Assembly (NCBI GenBank): GCA_002269645.1
Contig: NIVC01000551.1
Coordinates: 434,001-498,000 of the forward strand
Direction: 5' to 3'
DNA: 64,000 bases
Source: Macrostomum lignano
Taxonomy: Eukaryota
This document shows positions 62,944 through 64,000 of the stretch, piece by piece (position 1 is the first letter of the stretch; each line of letters begins with the position of its first letter). The notes under the pieces are model-generated. The model did no database searches and was not told where the DNA came from. It saw nothing but the letters and a program-made list of their open reading frames with translations. Made by a program: the position numbers and the translations under genes.

Positions 62944-63999
62944 ATGCTGCGTTCAAATTATCGCTACAGCCGCGACCATCACCATCAACAGTCTGGTCAG
63001 CATCACAATCACCATCATCACCATCAACAAAGTCATCACCAGCTGCCGTCTTCATCTCCGTCAACCGGCGGGGCCAACTGCAACGCCTGCGGCAGCGGCA
63101 GCTCCCCGGTGTCTGTCTTCTTCGACGAGATGGAGTGGCGCTGGGGCGAGACGCCGCCCGGAGCCGGCGGAGTCGCAGCGGCAGCGGCTGTCGGGCACGC
63201 GGGCAGGCAGGGCAGCCTGAAGCAGCAGCTGGGCCTCTCGGCGCTTGGCCGGCGGGCTCGCGAAGGCTTCCGCCGCTGCCAGACGTCTCGGGACTCCTCG
63301 GCGGAGATGAGCCGCTCATTCGAGGCTTCGGTTGTCCAGCAGCTGGGCGTCGGCGGCAGCGCCAAGCTCGTCAAGCTTCTCGGCGAGGAGGTGAAAGCCG
63401 ACGAGAAGGTGCTGTTCGACCATTTCTACGACCGCGGACGTCGCAACGCCTTCGCCAACATCTTCTGCGGCCTGTCCAGTCGGGGACTTCGTCGACTGTT
63501 CGCCGTCTACGGCATCGACGAGGTGCAGATGAAGCCGCCGGCGCCGGCGTCGCCAACGCAGCTGTCGCCGCCGCTGGCCTCGGCGATGTCGCTGGTGACG
63601 GACGCGCACCATCGGGAGCGTCGACGCAACCGGCCGGAGTTGGCGACGTCTCGCGGTGGCAGCGTTGAAAGTCGCGACAGCTCCGGCGGTCGCAGCGGCG
63701 TCGGCGGGGGCGGCAGCGGCGGCAGCTACCGCCCGAGAGCGGGCAGCGCCAACCAGCAGCTGCGGCAGCGGCGCCGGCGGCAGCAGCAGCCAAGCCAGCA
63801 CCAGCAGCTGGCATCGGCCGCCTTCACGCTGCTTGGCTGCGGCAAATCTTCGTCTGCCGACGACGATCGAGACGACGCAGCAGCCGCCGATGCCGGCGGC
63901 GACTTTCTCGGCGGCAAAGACGAAGGCAGAGCGGCTGCAGGTCGCCGCCGCGACACCGTGGAAGACCTGGGCGTGGTGGCTGCAATCAATAACCAGTAA
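62944..63999 (+). CDS. Probable coding exon(s) of an unrelated gene with a His-rich N-terminus; unknown product, probably continues beyond the window
   Basis: ATG-initiated, GC-rich 351-aa ORF with His, Gly and Gln runs and a more ordered segment KLVKLLGEEVKADEKVLFDHFYDRGRRNAFANIFCGL. No family was recognised. Confidence 0.6.
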   Translation: MLRSNYRYSRDHHHQQSGQHHNHHHHHQQSHHQLPSSSPSTGGANCNACGSGSSPVSVFFDEMEWRWGETPPGAGGVAAAAAVGHAGRQGSLKQQLGLSALGRRAREGFRRCQTSRDSSAEMSRSFEASVVQQLGVGGSAKLVKLLGEEVKADEKVLFDHFYDRGRRNAFANIFCGLSSRGLRRLFAVYGIDEVQMKPPAPASPTQLSPPLASAMSLVTDAHHRERRRNRPELATSRGGSVESRDSSGGRSGVGGGGSGGSYRPRAGSANQQLRQRRRRQQQPSQHQQLASAAFTLLGCGKSSSADDDRDDAAAADAGGDFLGGKDEGRAAAGRRRDTVEDLGVVAAINNQ

Positions 64000-64000
64000 C

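Overview
Eukaryotic (metazoan) genomic DNA with GT-AG introns and no prokaryotic features. The GC-rich, Ala/Gly-rich exons and minisatellite-filled introns are reminiscent of the flatworm Macrostomum, but this is an impression and cannot be confirmed from the sequence. The window is dominated by a head-to-tail, + strand cluster of paralogous single-pass membrane receptor genes. Four are complete: gene 1 at 13965-23502, gene 2 at 24712-32915, gene 3 at 34648-44197 and gene 4 at 45930-59144. A fifth, partial paralog at 639-3180 joins FN3 exons to C-type lectin exons. Each complete gene encodes a signal peptide, about 7-11 fibronectin type III (FN3) domains mostly on symmetric phase-1 cassette exons, one TM helix, and a short non-catalytic tail with a conserved pair of Tyr motifs (YAxVV...EYVE[IV]). 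The copies differ in FN3 exon number, appear to be mosaics of each other, and concentrate amino-acid variation in two patches of the repeated FN3 exon. This resembles a diversifying recognition-receptor (immune or allorecognition-like) locus; that function is inference. The introns carry three copies of a degenerate tyrosine-recombinase (DIRS/Ngaro-like) element with a SAP-like ORF, a Copia remnant with a nested SINE-like insert, a 544-bp foldback/MULE-like element with a 9-bp TSD, and many minisatellites. An unrelated His-rich ORF begins at 62944. Exon boundaries were inferred by eye from splice consensus, phase and paralog comparison. Near-identical blocks could partly reflect haplotype or assembly duplication.
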